Source: Patescibacteria group bacterium UBA3466 (GTDB taxonomy: Bacteria; Patescibacteriota; Minisyncoccia; Phycocordibacterales; UBA918). Taken from it: a stretch of 64,000 bases of DNA. The position numbers and the translations under genes were made by a program. How positions within the stretch are numbered: position 1 is the stretch's first letter; every line of letters begins with the position of its first letter. The stretch spans positions 22,911-86,910 of the forward strand of contig DFRJ01000002.1 of NCBI GenBank assembly GCA_002378195.1, read 5' to 3'. Under the pieces are notes generated by a model. It saw nothing but the letters and a program-made list of their open reading frames with translations, had not been told where the DNA came from and ran no database searches. Positions 16,034 to 25,777 of this stretch are shown one piece after another.

Positions 16034-16573
16034 CTAGCTGATAGTCATGCTCGCACAACCCTTCACAGTTGTCGGTAAGTCGGCAGGTGATCTATACCAT
16101 TTATTGCGCAGATAAGTCACTGACTCATACAGCTGCCAGAAAGCATTTTTTTGTTTATTAACTTCTTTGCTGATCTTCCGAGCTTTCTCAATATGCTCTT
16201 CATTTGAATCAGGACCAAGGGAGGATTGCCAGTCCGTATTGAGCTCGAATTGTTGCTCCAGTTCCTGTGCGGCAGTTTTCAGACCAGTTTCCAGGAATCT
16301 TAAGCCTGCTTGGCGACTTTTCTCACTTTCGCCAAGAACAGCGGCGACAATTTTGTAGTGAGCCGCGGCTTCTCTGATGAAAAGCATCTCGATACTAACG
16401 CCAATGAAAAATATGCAGTAAAAGCTGCCAGATATTGACAGCAATAAAGAATCCATTCGAATTCTTGCCATATAAAACACTAAGACAGCTGACGGCACTA
16501 TTACAGCGCACAACCAGTAATTAAACAGACGGTTGTAGTCAAACACGCCCACGCTCGGTACAGGTATTTTCAT
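16034..16573 (-). CDS. Hypothetical membrane protein (two N-terminal TM helices, helical C-terminal domain)
   Basis: ORF of 179 aa with hydrophobic segments and no recognised motif. Confidence 0.45.
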   Translation of the reverse strand: MKIPVPSVGVFDYNRLFNYWLCAVIVPSAVLVFYMARIRMDSLLLSISGSFYCIFFIGVSIEMLFIREAAAHYKIVAAVLGESEKSRQAGLRFLETGLKTAAQELEQQFELNTDWQSSLGPDSNEEHIEKARKISKEVNKQKNAFWQLYESVTYLRNKWYRSPADLPTTVKGCASMTIS

Positions 16574-16686
16574 TGTTAAGAACTCCGTTCATCTTGCCAA
16601 CATGCGGTCCAGTTTTTCTGGATCGGAGACGTTTTTCGACTCGCAAGATTATCGAACAATACAACTTAATGTGTCTAACGTCAATA

Positions 16687-19600
16687 CTATTCTGGTCGAT
16701 CCGGTGGTGTTTCTAAATCTAGGGTTTGGGGATCAAGAGGTTTAATTTTATCGATCAGAATACTCGGCTCGTCATTGCGGAAATTAAGCTTACCTTTAAT
16801 TGCTACGCAAGTACCAGGCTCAAGTAAGTCTTTATAGGTGGTGTATGTTTCAGGGAAGGTGACAGTTTCTATACTGTCTTTTTGGTCTGATATTTTTACA
16901 AAGGCCATGCGGTCGCCTTTTTTGGTTAGTAGTTCTTTGACTATTTCTACTAGACCCGTGGTAACGACGGTCGTGCCTTTGTAGCCCTGCTTAACTTCGG
17001 CGATTTTAGGGCGTTTATCAGTTTCGGCTTGATGAGCATCAAGCGGATGTCCAGATACATACACTCCAAGTAGCTCTTTTTCCCAGAGTAATTTTTGGGT
17101 AGTGGTTGCTGGCTGTGAGGCTTCGAGAGTGAGACCGCTGACTTCTTCCATTCCGCCAAATAAAGAATCTTGATTGGATTCCTTGCCGGCTACATGCTCT
17201 TTATTGTAAGCCAGTAGGTTGTCTAGATTTGCAAACAAAACTCCTCTTTCGTCGAAGTTATCAAAAGCGCCAGTGGTAATCAGAGCTTCCATTGATTTTT
17301 TGTTTAGCCCACGGTCGTGGATCCGGCTCAAGAAATCCTGCATTGATGCAAAAGCGCCATTTGCTTTTCTTTCCGCAATAATGACATCGGCGATACCAGC
17401 GCCAAAGTTTTTGATAGTAGTGAGTCCAAAGCGGATAGTTTCTTTTCCTGGCACAACTGAAAAGTCAGCGAATGACTCGTTGATATCAGGTGGCAAAACG
17501 GTGATATTCATGCGCTCACACTCGTGAATAATTTCGGAGATTTTTTCTGTGTCACCAGAGTCAGCGGTCAGAACCGCAGACATGTATTCGACTGGATAGT
17601 TGGCCTTCATGAAGGCTGTTTGGTAGGCAACCCGTCCGTATGAGGCGGCATGAGCTTTGTTGAATCCGTAGGCTGCAAAAGGTTCAATTAGTTTCCAGAG
17701 CTCCTCAGCCTTTTGAGCAGTCATGCCATGTTCGATCAGACCGTTGAATAACTTGTCTTTTTCGGCAGCCATGATCTCTGGCACCTTTTTACCCATCGCT
17801 TTACGAAGCTTATCAGCCTCGAGCCACGAATAACCAGCCAGCTTAATGGAGATCATCATCACGTCATCTTGGTAAGTGATCACCCCGTAGGACACGTCAA
17901 GAATTTCTTCCATTCGTTCATCCATGTACGACACTAAAGCTGGATTGTGCTTACGTTCGATATAGGTCGGGATCATTTCCATTGGTCCTGGGCGATACAA
18001 AGCCACCATCGCGTTGATATCGTGAATAGTAGTCGGCTTTAGTTGCTTTAAGAAGGCTGTCATACCCGAACCGTTTAGCTGGAAAAGACCCATGGTTTCA
18101 CCGCGAGCCAACATGTCAAAAGTTTTTTGGTCGGCGAGATCGATATTTTCAATATCAATATCAACGTTGTGAATTTTTTTTACTCGCTTTACGGCATCAG
18201 CTAAGATAGCTAAGTTTTTGATGCCAAGGAAGTCAAACTTCAAAAGGCCGACTCCGTCTTCTCCAACGCTGTGCATTTCGTATTGAGTGATGTACTTTCC
18301 AGTTTTGGGGTCGGGCTGAATTGGTACGTACTCGTTTAGTGGTGCTGGAGCAATCACTACACCGGCGGCGTGCACTCCGAGGTGTCGAACCCGACCTTCA
18401 ATTTGTTTAGCTAGATCAATCACTTCACGGGACTCTGAATCTTTTTTGTACAACTCAGCCAGCTCGGGTTCAATATCGATGGCGCGGTCGATGGTCATTG
18501 GAAAACCTTGAGCCCCAAGCGGTATCAATTTAGCGATGCGGTCACCAGTAGCGTATGAATGTCCCAGAGCGCGAGCTACGTCACGTACAGCCGCGCGGGC
18601 CATCATGGTGCCAAAAGTGCCGATTTGCGCGACGTTATTTTCTCCGTATTTTTCCTTGGAGTATTCGATGATTTCATCGCGTCGGTTATCGGCAAAATCC
18701 ATGTCGATATCAGGCGCTGACGGACGCTCAGGATTGAGGAATCGTTCGAAGGGAAGTTTGTACTCAAGTGGATTTACGTTGGTAATTCCGAGTACGTAGG
18801 TGGTCAGTGATCCGGCTACCGAACCACGAATAGTGGTAAGGATGCCGCGCTCTCGAGCTTCGCGTAAAAGATCGCCTACCACTAAGAAGTATTTGGCGTA
18901 ACCTTTGGTCTTAATGATGTCGAGTTCGTAGTCGAGTCGCTCGGTAACGCTCTTGTCGTTGGTGTCTAGTCCGCGCCATTTCACACCTTCGTACGAGGTG
19001 ACTCGGAGTTCTTCGTCCGGGTCGCGGCCACTTTCAATTTCGTAATTGGGAAATACCCAGGCATCCATACCGAGAGTGATTTCGACATTACAAGCTTCGG
19101 CAATCTTTACTGTATTTGAAATTGCTTCAGGTACGTCTTTAAACCACTCTTTCATCTCCGCTTGAGTGGTAAACGAAAAGTTGTCACTGGCATCATGGTC
19201 AGCGGTGGTGTCTACGACACCACCGCTTTGAATCTTGATCATGGTTTCGCGGGCCAAGCGATCTTCGGGCTTTAGATAATAAATATCGTGAGCGGCTACG
19301 AGGGGAGTATTGGTTTCCTTGGCTAACTCTTTAATCTTTTCTTGATTTTCTTGGTGGTCGAATATTTCTGGGTGGTGCGATATTTCGAGGTAACAATTTT
19401 CGGCAAAGACACTTTTGTACCAATCAAGACGTTCAGCGGCCTGTTCTGGGTTAACGTCTTTTAGCGCTTGAGCTACTTCACCAGCAAAAGAGGGGATAAT
19501 ACAAAATAAATCATCCTTGTACTCTTTCAAAAGCTCTTCATCAATTCGCGGTTTGTAGTAAAAACCTTCGATATTTGAGCGGGTGACGAGCGAGATAAGG

Positions 19601-19920
19601 TTTTGGTAGCCCTTGAAGGTTTTGGCCAGTAAGACTAGGCGGGAGCGGGGTTTATCAATATTAACTTCCTTGTCGTGTCGTGTGCGAGGGGCCAAAAAAG
19701 CATCGAGGCCAATGATTGGTTTGATACCTTCGGCGGTACACGCTTTGTAAAAATCTATTGCACCATAGAGAGCACCAGCATCAGTGATAGCGAGAGCGTC
19801 TTGGCCATCGGCTTTGGCTGTTGCCGCGAGTTCTTTTGGGGTAGGCACAGCATTCAGGAGTGAATACATCGAGTGGGTGTGAAGATGGACGAATTCAGTC
19901 GTAAGCTTCGAATCGGACAT
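16687..19920 (-). CDS. dnaE: DNA polymerase III alpha subunit, compact form (1077 aa)
   Basis: N-terminal PHP domain (HLHTHSMYSLLNAV), polymerase palm/fingers region and C-terminal OB-fold region. Confidence 0.9.
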   Translation of the reverse strand: MSDSKLTTEFVHLHTHSMYSLLNAVPTPKELAATAKADGQDALAITDAGALYGAIDFYKACTAEGIKPIIGLDAFLAPRTRHDKEVNIDKPRSRLVLLAKTFKGYQNLISLVTRSNIEGFYYKPRIDEELLKEYKDDLFCIIPSFAGEVAQALKDVNPEQAAERLDWYKSVFAENCYLEISHHPEIFDHQENQEKIKELAKETNTPLVAAHDIYYLKPEDRLARETMIKIQSGGVVDTTADHDASDNFSFTTQAEMKEWFKDVPEAISNTVKIAEACNVEITLGMDAWVFPNYEIESGRDPDEELRVTSYEGVKWRGLDTNDKSVTERLDYELDIIKTKGYAKYFLVVGDLLREARERGILTTIRGSVAGSLTTYVLGITNVNPLEYKLPFERFLNPERPSAPDIDMDFADNRRDEIIEYSKEKYGENNVAQIGTFGTMMARAAVRDVARALGHSYATGDRIAKLIPLGAQGFPMTIDRAIDIEPELAELYKKDSESREVIDLAKQIEGRVRHLGVHAAGVVIAPAPLNEYVPIQPDPKTGKYITQYEMHSVGEDGVGLLKFDFLGIKNLAILADAVKRVKKIHNVDIDIENIDLADQKTFDMLARGETMGLFQLNGSGMTAFLKQLKPTTIHDINAMVALYRPGPMEMIPTYIERKHNPALVSYMDERMEEILDVSYGVITYQDDVMMISIKLAGYSWLEADKLRKAMGKKVPEIMAAEKDKLFNGLIEHGMTAQKAEELWKLIEPFAAYGFNKAHAASYGRVAYQTAFMKANYPVEYMSAVLTADSGDTEKISEIIHECERMNITVLPPDINESFADFSVVPGKETIRFGLTTIKNFGAGIADVIIAERKANGAFASMQDFLSRIHDRGLNKKSMEALITTGAFDNFDERGVLFANLDNLLAYNKEHVAGKESNQDSLFGGMEEVSGLTLEASQPATTTQKLLWEKELLGVYVSGHPLDAHQAETDKRPKIAEVKQGYKGTTVVTTGLVEIVKELLTKKGDRMAFVKISDQKDSIETVTFPETYTTYKDLLEPGTCVAIKGKLNFRNDEPSILIDKIKPLDPQTLDLETPPDRPE

Positions 19921-19967
19921 AGTGCGAGCATTATAGCATTACCTCCAAACTGGTCTATATGATAAAG

Positions 19968-20002
19968 AAAAACCCCGTTCATCTATTTAGATGAACGGGG
20001 CG
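19968..20002 (-). terminator. Intrinsic terminator for 20019..20327 (CCCCGTTCATCTA-aat-AGATGAACGGGG + TTTTTCTTTATC on minus)
   Basis: Perfect 12-bp stem followed by a T-run on the minus strand. Confidence 0.75.
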
Positions 20003-20018
20003 CGGTAAGCTACCGATC

Positions 20019-20327
20019 CTAGTTGAATTTCAGGACCGGTATCTCAACTGGCCTTAGTACTACTCGTTTGCCAGTTTTGGCCCCAAAAAGCTTGCCGCGA
20101 CCTGTGACGCCTACGGAGATGTCTCCGCCAACTGTGCGCCGGTCGAGCTTGGCGCAGACGCGGCCAACGCTCCGGCTCGAGCAGTTGTCGATACGAGCGC
20201 CACCAAGCACCTGCATGGTTACAGTGCTTCCGACGTTTCGCGCGATGCGCTCTAAGGGACCTTCGTTGGCATGAGCCAGCGGGGCGATCAGGACCAGGCT
20301 GATCATAATGATAAGGAACTTGTTCAT
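20019..20327 (-). CDS. Small secreted protein (signal peptide, 2 Cys), hypothetical
   Basis: MNKFLIIMISLVLIAPLAHA is signal-peptide-like. A dedicated terminator follows. The antisense ORF 20023..20274 was judged spurious. Confidence 0.5.
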   Translation of the reverse strand: MNKFLIIMISLVLIAPLAHANEGPLERIARNVGSTVTMQVLGGARIDNCSSRSVGRVCAKLDRRTVGGDISVGVTGRGKLFGAKTGKRVVLRPVEIPVLKFN

Positions 20328-20562
20328 AATAGACCTCCTAGATCTGTATGAATATGGAAGACCGATACATTATTAATAATAGCATAATTTTAACCAAAAG
20401 TCAATTCTGCTATAATGCTGCTATGAAATGGGAAATTGGTGAGAAAGCATTGGATGCTTTCACAAGACCTCGCCTAAGATTTTGCGAGACGTCAGTCGAA
20501 GTAAAATATAGACAAGGTGTACAGCTCCTGTAAGGAGTAGATGAAGCTTTATTTAATAAGTT

Positions 20563-21153
20563 ATGATCAAGTATTTAGTTGGCGTTGATGAAGCTGGCCG
20601 CGGGCCATTGGCTGGTCCAGTAGCGGTAGGTATGGTGAAAATTCCGGTTGATTTTGATTGGGCTTTAATCCCTGGGGTTGGAGACAGTAAAAAACTGAGT
20701 GAAAAAACTCGTGAGGATTTGTACGAACGGGCAAAAGAGCTCAGATACCGTGGATTACTAGATTTTTCCGTAGCTCAAGTGGGACCTTCAGTGATAGACA
20801 AGATGGGTATTTCTTTCGCCATCAACTTAGCGATTGCACGTAACGTAAAGCGGTTGCAGTTGAATCCAAAGACTTGCCACTTGAAGCTCGACGGTTCGCT
20901 CAAGGCTCACTATCGTTTTTCTCAAGAAACGATTATCAAAGGCGACGACAAAGAAAAGGTTATTGGATTGGCTTCGGTACTGGCCAAAGTGACACGAGAC
21001 AAATATATGAATAAAATTGATCGTAAATATCCAGCCTATGGCTTTATTGAAAACAAAGGCTACGGCACACAGCTGCATCGAGAAATGATTGCTCAAAGAG
21101 GTAAGTGTCCGATCCATAGGGTTAGCTATTGCAAAAACATAAAAGTATTGTAA
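20563..21153 (+). CDS. rnhB: Ribonuclease HII
   Basis: LVGVDEAGRGPLAGPVAVG N-terminal catalytic motif, the DSK motif, and the C-terminal GYG..H region. Confidence 0.85.
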   Translation: MIKYLVGVDEAGRGPLAGPVAVGMVKIPVDFDWALIPGVGDSKKLSEKTREDLYERAKELRYRGLLDFSVAQVGPSVIDKMGISFAINLAIARNVKRLQLNPKTCHLKLDGSLKAHYRFSQETIIKGDDKEKVIGLASVLAKVTRDKYMNKIDRKYPAYGFIENKGYGTQLHREMIAQRGKCPIHRVSYCKNIKVL

Positions 21154-21652
21154 AATATTGACCTGAGCGATTCTGCTCAGAACCGATTCACATTAAATCC
21201 ACGTAGGGAGCCTGGATGAATAATACGAGAAACGCCAATTACTTTGATCGGCTTATAAGCCTCAGTAATTGTATCAAGACCAATTTGCCGGCAAAAGCGG
21301 CGAGTGAATTGCCGGGGATCAGAGTGGATGTCTCTCAAACCAGTTCTTGTATAGTGCTCGACTTCACCCGTACGGCGAATATGGAATACGATCAATTTCG
21401 ATCAAGAGTCCATGCGTTTATGGCGGGCACGGTGAAGCACCTTTCGCAGAAACATCTTTCCAAGTCTAGTCGTTGCAGCAGCGATGATGCGCCGGCGAAG
21501 ATTAAAAAGGTGAGAAATACCAAAGCGAGTGTCATATCATGGCGCATACAGATTTGAGAGTATGCACCCCTCTGGCACCTTTTACGGCCGTTCTTGCAAA
21601 AGGCGGCCTTTTCTATTGCATTTATTAGCAATTCTGATATAGTTTCGCCACT
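21154..21652 (+). other. ~500-bp region between rnhB and rpmF with no convincing ORF, ending in an intrinsic terminator (21585-21616); candidate ncRNA or decayed gene
   Basis: Only overlapping low-complexity ORFs on both strands (21216..21557 +, 21177..21395 -, 21392..21685 -) with no motifs. Hairpins at 21163-21185 and 21544-21565. Terminator GGCCGTTCTTGCAAAAGGCGGCC + TTTTCTATT. Confidence 0.2.
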
Positions 21653-21985
21653 ATGGTAATTCGAATGCGTCACACGCGGGCACACACCGCGAATCGTCGT
21701 TCACATCATGCGCTAAAAGCGCCTACTTTGGCTATTTGTAGCAACTGTGGCGCAAAGCACCGACCACACCACATGTGTTTAGAATGTGGCTTCTACAAAG
21801 GGAGAATGGTCATTGATGTAGCGGCCAAGAAAAAAGCTCGAGACGAGCGTTTGCAAGCTAAAAAAGATATGATCGATGCCCAACAAGGCTTTGGTCAAGA
21901 AGTAGCGGAGGAAGCTCCAGCAACTGAAGAAGCTTCAGTAGAAGCTCCAGCTGAAAAGGTAGAAGAAGCAAAAGAAGAAAAGTAA
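21653..21985 (+). CDS. rpmF: 50S ribosomal protein L32 with Ala/Glu-rich C-terminal extension
   Basis: [18 protein letters not shown]...C..C...HH.C..CGFYKGR matches the L32 zinc-ribbon core. The real start may be the internal ATG at 21665. Confidence 0.8.
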   Translation: MVIRMRHTRAHTANRRSHHALKAPTLAICSNCGAKHRPHHMCLECGFYKGRMVIDVAAKKKARDERLQAKKDMIDAQQGFGQEVAEEAPATEEASVEAPAEKVEEAKEEK

Positions 21986-22088
21986 GCCACTGAAAACCCT
22001 GCCAAACCGGTAGGGTTTTGTGGATTTATCGCCCATGGCAGACCGGCAGAATGGTACACTTAGGTCAGTAAAAGTTTAGTACATTAGT

Positions 22089-22991
22089 ATGGCAAATCGA
22101 CATTTATCGCGCAGCATTGTTCTTCAGTCACTTTTTGAGTGGGATTTAAACGCGCTCGAAAAAAAAGCAGTGGGTGAAGTTTTGGGACGTAACGTAGCAG
22201 AGTTTGCTCCCAACAAGACCGATATGCCATTTATGGAAAAACTCCTCGATGGAGTCATGGCAAAACAGCCAGAACTCGATCAAGTTATCGAAAAAGCCGC
22301 GCCTGATTGGCCAATCGATCGTATTTCTCCCGTCGATCGTAATATTTTACGCTTGGGTCTTTATGAGCTCTTGTTTGCTGACCGTAAAGAAGTACCAGCT
22401 AAAGTAGCTATCAATGAGGCGATTGAACTAGCTAAGCAGTTTGGTGGCGAAAACAGTAGCCGGTTTGTAAATGGTGTGCTGGGAGCGGTTTATAAAGAGA
22501 TTGGTGAGCCTGGTAAAGATGAGCAAGGTAAGAAGCGGAAGCGAGACATTCCATTTGAGGAGATGCCAATCGAAAGGCTGTCTGGAGCAGTGGTTTACGC
22601 TGAGCACGAAGGTCAAATTTACCTGGCTCTGGTACACGATATTTTCGGACACTGGACTCTTTCTAAGAGTAAAGTGCAAGAAGAAGAAACTGTCGAAGCT
22701 GGGGCAGTGCGAGCTCTAAACGAAGAAATCGGTCTACCAATTGAGATTGAGCAAGAAATCGGCGGTAATGAGTACGTGGCGTCACATCCTGAGTCAGGGA
22801 AAGTACGCAAGCAAGTGCACTACTTCTTGGCTAAAGCTCCTTATCAAGATATTCAACTAATTAAAAAAGGTGGCCTAGATGATGCCAAATGGTTTAAAGT
22901 GGCCGATATTCTGGAATTAAACTTCTACGAGGATATCTTACCGATTGTTACCAAGGCGGTCACTGTGCTAGTTGGAAGAGGAGGGAATTAG
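22089..22991 (+). CDS. nusB: NusB (transcription antitermination factor) fused in one ORF to a C-terminal NUDIX hydrolase domain
   Basis: aa 1-140 carry NusB (KVAINEAIELAKQFGGENSSRFVNGVLG). aa ~150-300 carry the Nudix fold with box SKSKVQEEETVEAGAVRALNEEIGL (Gx5Ex7REUxEExGU pattern, G1 replaced). There is no stop or frameshift between the two domains. Confidence 0.75.
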   Translation: MANRHLSRSIVLQSLFEWDLNALEKKAVGEVLGRNVAEFAPNKTDMPFMEKLLDGVMAKQPELDQVIEKAAPDWPIDRISPVDRNILRLGLYELLFADRKEVPAKVAINEAIELAKQFGGENSSRFVNGVLGAVYKEIGEPGKDEQGKKRKRDIPFEEMPIERLSGAVVYAEHEGQIYLALVHDIFGHWTLSKSKVQEEETVEAGAVRALNEEIGLPIEIEQEIGGNEYVASHPESGKVRKQVHYFLAKAPYQDIQLIKKGGLDDAKWFKVADILELNFYEDILPIVTKAVTVLVGRGGN

Positions 22992-23015
22992 TGATACATT
23001 TCAGACTAACAGATT

Positions 23016-23732
23016 ATGGAAGATAAAAACCCGGAGGCAAATTTGGACAAGTTGCAGCAAATTCTTGGCGTGCAATTTGCTGATATCAAGATTTTACTGT
23101 CAGCGGTGACACACCGATCGTATCTTAATGAACATCGAGAGGCGACTTGGGATCACAATGAGCGCTTAGAGTTTTTAGGCGATGCGGTTTTGGAGCTAGT
23201 GGTTACCGACTATCTTTTCAAAAAATATCAAGACAAACCTGAAGGTGAACTGACTGCAGTGCGCGCTGCTTTGGTAAACACAGTATCTTTAAGTGGTGCC
23301 TCAGAGCAGCTCGGAGTCAATGATTTTCTTTTGATGTCGAAAGGTGAAGCAAAGGATGTTGGGCGGGCGCGACAGTATATTTTAGCTAATGCTTTTGAAG
23401 CTTGTATTGGTGCGATCTACTTAGATCAAGGTTATGATGCCGCGCAAGCCTTTATTGCGGAAAGACTATTTCCTAAGACCGACGAAATAGTCAAAAAGCG
23501 CCTATGGCAGGATGCTAAGAGTCGCTTTCAAGAGTTGGCGCAAGAGCATGTATCTATTACTCCGACTTACAAAACTACCTCACAAGAAGGTCCAGATCAT
23601 GATCGGGTATTTACTGTTGGAGTTTTTTTGGGCAAAGAATTGGTAGCTGAAGGAAAGGGTCGCTCCAAACAAGAGGCTGAACAACAAGCCGCCGAACACG
23701 CCGTCACCGCGAAAGGTTGGCAAACAGACTAG
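23016..23732 (+). CDS. rnc: Ribonuclease III
   Basis: RNase III signature ERLEFLGDAVLELVV plus a C-terminal dsRBD. Confidence 0.85.
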   Translation: MEDKNPEANLDKLQQILGVQFADIKILLSAVTHRSYLNEHREATWDHNERLEFLGDAVLELVVTDYLFKKYQDKPEGELTAVRAALVNTVSLSGASEQLGVNDFLLMSKGEAKDVGRARQYILANAFEACIGAIYLDQGYDAAQAFIAERLFPKTDEIVKKRLWQDAKSRFQELAQEHVSITPTYKTTSQEGPDHDRVFTVGVFLGKELVAEGKGRSKQEAEQQAAEHAVTAKGWQTD

Positions 23733-23762
23733 TCATAAAACCTGCGTGATATAATTTTTTAT

Positions 23763-24494
23763 ATGAATATCAAGACTAAAGGATTTACTTTAGCTGAGTT
23801 ATTGGTGGTGATTGCGGTGATCTCTATTCTAAGCTCGTTTATTTTTGTGAACGTTAGTGATTCACGAGCCTCGGCGCGTGATGCACAAAGAAAATCTGAT
23901 CTCAGAGAGTTGCAATCTGCGATTGAACTCTATCGACTTGATAATGGTACTTATCCTTCTGGCTGTAATGGTTATACCGATTCGCTAACGCCAGTGTTTT
24001 CGGGCGAGCCAGATGGGGCGCATCCTTGTCCACTGGGAGATCCTGAATATATTATAGGGCTGGCGCCTGAGTATATTCGCAAATTACCGAACGATCCATT
24101 TTTAAATGGCGGAGGTGGCTATGTATACTTGGTTAATCAGTCAGGCTCAGCCTATAAAGTTATGGCTCTTGATACAGTAGAATCAGAATTAGTGGCTCAG
24201 AGCAGTGATTTCTTTCGGTGCGACCCAACTTACAGAATAATTCAGGCCAATGATGGAGGGAGCTTTGGTAGTCAGTCACTTAATGATCCTGGAATATGTA
24301 CGCGGGTAAGGACAAGGGCTACTGGTAATCTCAATCAAGATCTGGGTACACCAGCTGACTTCGGGAGTCCGTATGAGGTTTGTCATCTAGCGTCTGAATA
24401 TGAAAATGACTATGCTTTGTCGGGAGGTTATAGTACAGGATTTTCCGAGCCGAAAGCTATTGAGTTTGATACAGAAATAGTTAGGTGTAAATAA
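23763..24494 (+). CDS. Type IV pilin / pseudopilin-like protein 1 (prepilin N-terminal methylation motif; Cys-rich C-terminal domain)
   Basis: KGFTLAELLVVIAVISIL (class III signal peptide G/FTLxE) and 6 Cys in the globular domain. Confidence 0.7.
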   Translation: MNIKTKGFTLAELLVVIAVISILSSFIFVNVSDSRASARDAQRKSDLRELQSAIELYRLDNGTYPSGCNGYTDSLTPVFSGEPDGAHPCPLGDPEYIIGLAPEYIRKLPNDPFLNGGGGYVYLVNQSGSAYKVMALDTVESELVAQSSDFFRCDPTYRIIQANDGGSFGSQSLNDPGICTRVRTRATGNLNQDLGTPADFGSPYEVCHLASEYENDYALSGGYSTGFSEPKAIEFDTEIVRCK

Positions 24495-24496
24495 GT

Positions 24497-25078
24497 ATGA
24501 AAAAAAATATTGACAACAATAAGGGTTTTACTCTAATCGAGGTTTTGGTGGTCGTCGGCATACTGGCTTTGCTGGTCAGTTTTTTGATGATCAATTTTAA
24601 TGATGCTCGAGCGGATGCGCGGGATAAAGCAAGAGCTGCCGCTTTGGAACAGTTGGCAGTTGCGCTAGAGTTGTATAAGGCTGAGTACGGAGTTTACCCT
24701 GATCAGGGGTGTGGTGATCCAAGTGCTGGCGAATGGGCTGGTCCGGGTCCCGCTACTTTGAGCTGGGCGGCTAGTTGTGACGACTATATTGTGGGTCATA
24801 CCGGCGGCGTAAACTTTGTGCCCGACTTTCTACCAGCTTTACCAATAGATCCGCGCGATGAGCTGGAGGACGATAAAGGTTTTTACTATCGAACTAGCGC
24901 CAGTAATGATACGTATAAAATTATGGTGCACGAATCTGTCGAGGTAAATCTGGTGGATGATTTTAGTCACGAGCTGGCCAGGTGTCCAAGAGCATTGCCA
25001 GGACCTCCATCACGCTGCAGCGCTCCTGCTCCAGAGAACATTTACTCTATTTATTCTAGTGGAGCAGAATACTGGTAA
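24497..25078 (+). CDS. Type IV pilin-like protein 2
   Basis: KGFTLIEVLVVVGILALL. Sits 2 nt after pilin 1. The C-terminal domain has multiple Cys. Confidence 0.7.
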   Translation: MKKNIDNNKGFTLIEVLVVVGILALLVSFLMINFNDARADARDKARAAALEQLAVALELYKAEYGVYPDQGCGDPSAGEWAGPGPATLSWAASCDDYIVGHTGGVNFVPDFLPALPIDPRDELEDDKGFYYRTSASNDTYKIMVHESVEVNLVDDFSHELARCPRALPGPPSRCSAPAPENIYSIYSSGAEYW

Positions 25079-25127
25079 TTTGTGCACACCCCATATTCTG
25101 GATTAAAGAGGGTGTTATTATTGAATA

Positions 25128-25772
25128 ATGCAGAGGCAAAAGTTTCTTAAGGGATTTACTTTGGTAGAAGTGCTAGTGGTGATTGGTATCATCAGTATAA
25201 TTTTGTCGATCTTATTTTATGCCTTTGAAGATTCGCGAGATAATTCGAGTAACAGTTCCATTCGGGCCGAGTTGAAAGAAATCGAGTTGGCGATTGAGAC
25301 GTATCGATTGCAAAATGGAAGCTATCCAACAGCAAGTAATTTTGGAGTAACTGATTGTCGGTCTGCGAGCACCAGGGGCGGGGATTATGTTGTTATTGCT
25401 TCAAGTTATGTTTCTGGTTCGGGGGGCTCTCTGGTTGGCTGCCCTATAATCAGTGGTACGCAGCAGCCATATATTGATGGTTTAATACCTGGCTACTTGT
25501 CTGGTTTGCCAAATAGGGATGAGTCTCGTAATTCTGACTGTATATTCAGGTACATTGTGACTGGTGATCAATCCTCATACAAATTGATTGCCGAAAACTG
25601 TTTCGCTGGAGCAGCTGCAGCAGCCGACGGGGTGCAGCAGATAGACGAGTTTGCTCGCTGTCCCGAAAGCTGCGATGATCCTGGCGGAGTCCATCCCGCT
25701 GAATGTGAACCAAGTGAAGCTGATTTCTACAATTCCTTAGCTATCTACAGTGTTGGAGGAGCTTGCTATTAA
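25128..25772 (+). CDS. Type IV pilin-like protein 3
   Basis: KGFTLVEVLVVIGIISII, with the conserved ...YRL.NG.YP... segment shared by all three paralogs, and multiple Cys. Confidence 0.7.
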   Translation: MQRQKFLKGFTLVEVLVVIGIISIILSILFYAFEDSRDNSSNSSIRAELKEIELAIETYRLQNGSYPTASNFGVTDCRSASTRGGDYVVIASSYVSGSGGSLVGCPIISGTQQPYIDGLIPGYLSGLPNRDESRNSDCIFRYIVTGDQSSYKLIAENCFAGAAAAADGVQQIDEFARCPESCDDPGGVHPAECEPSEADFYNSLAIYSVGGACY

Positions 25773-25777
25773 AGATT

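Noticed and set aside
19921-19967. Possible near-leaderless dnaE promoter (TATAAT ~11 nt upstream of the ATG on the minus strand)
   Set aside because: Only a -10-like hexamer is convincing and the -35 is weak; too speculative to list as a feature.
21177-21685. ORFs 21216..21557 (+), 21177..21395 (-) and 21392..21685 (-) as real genes
   Set aside because: They overlap each other and rpmF, have no motifs, and have Ser/Arg/Cys-biased composition typical of random frames; treated as non-coding.
25763-25777. Overlapping start for the SMC-like gene inside pilin 3
   Set aside because: The ORF-track start uses an alternative codon (TTG). The ATG at 25778, 6 nt after the pilin stop, gives the canonical SMC N-terminus (M-YLKELTINGFKSF).
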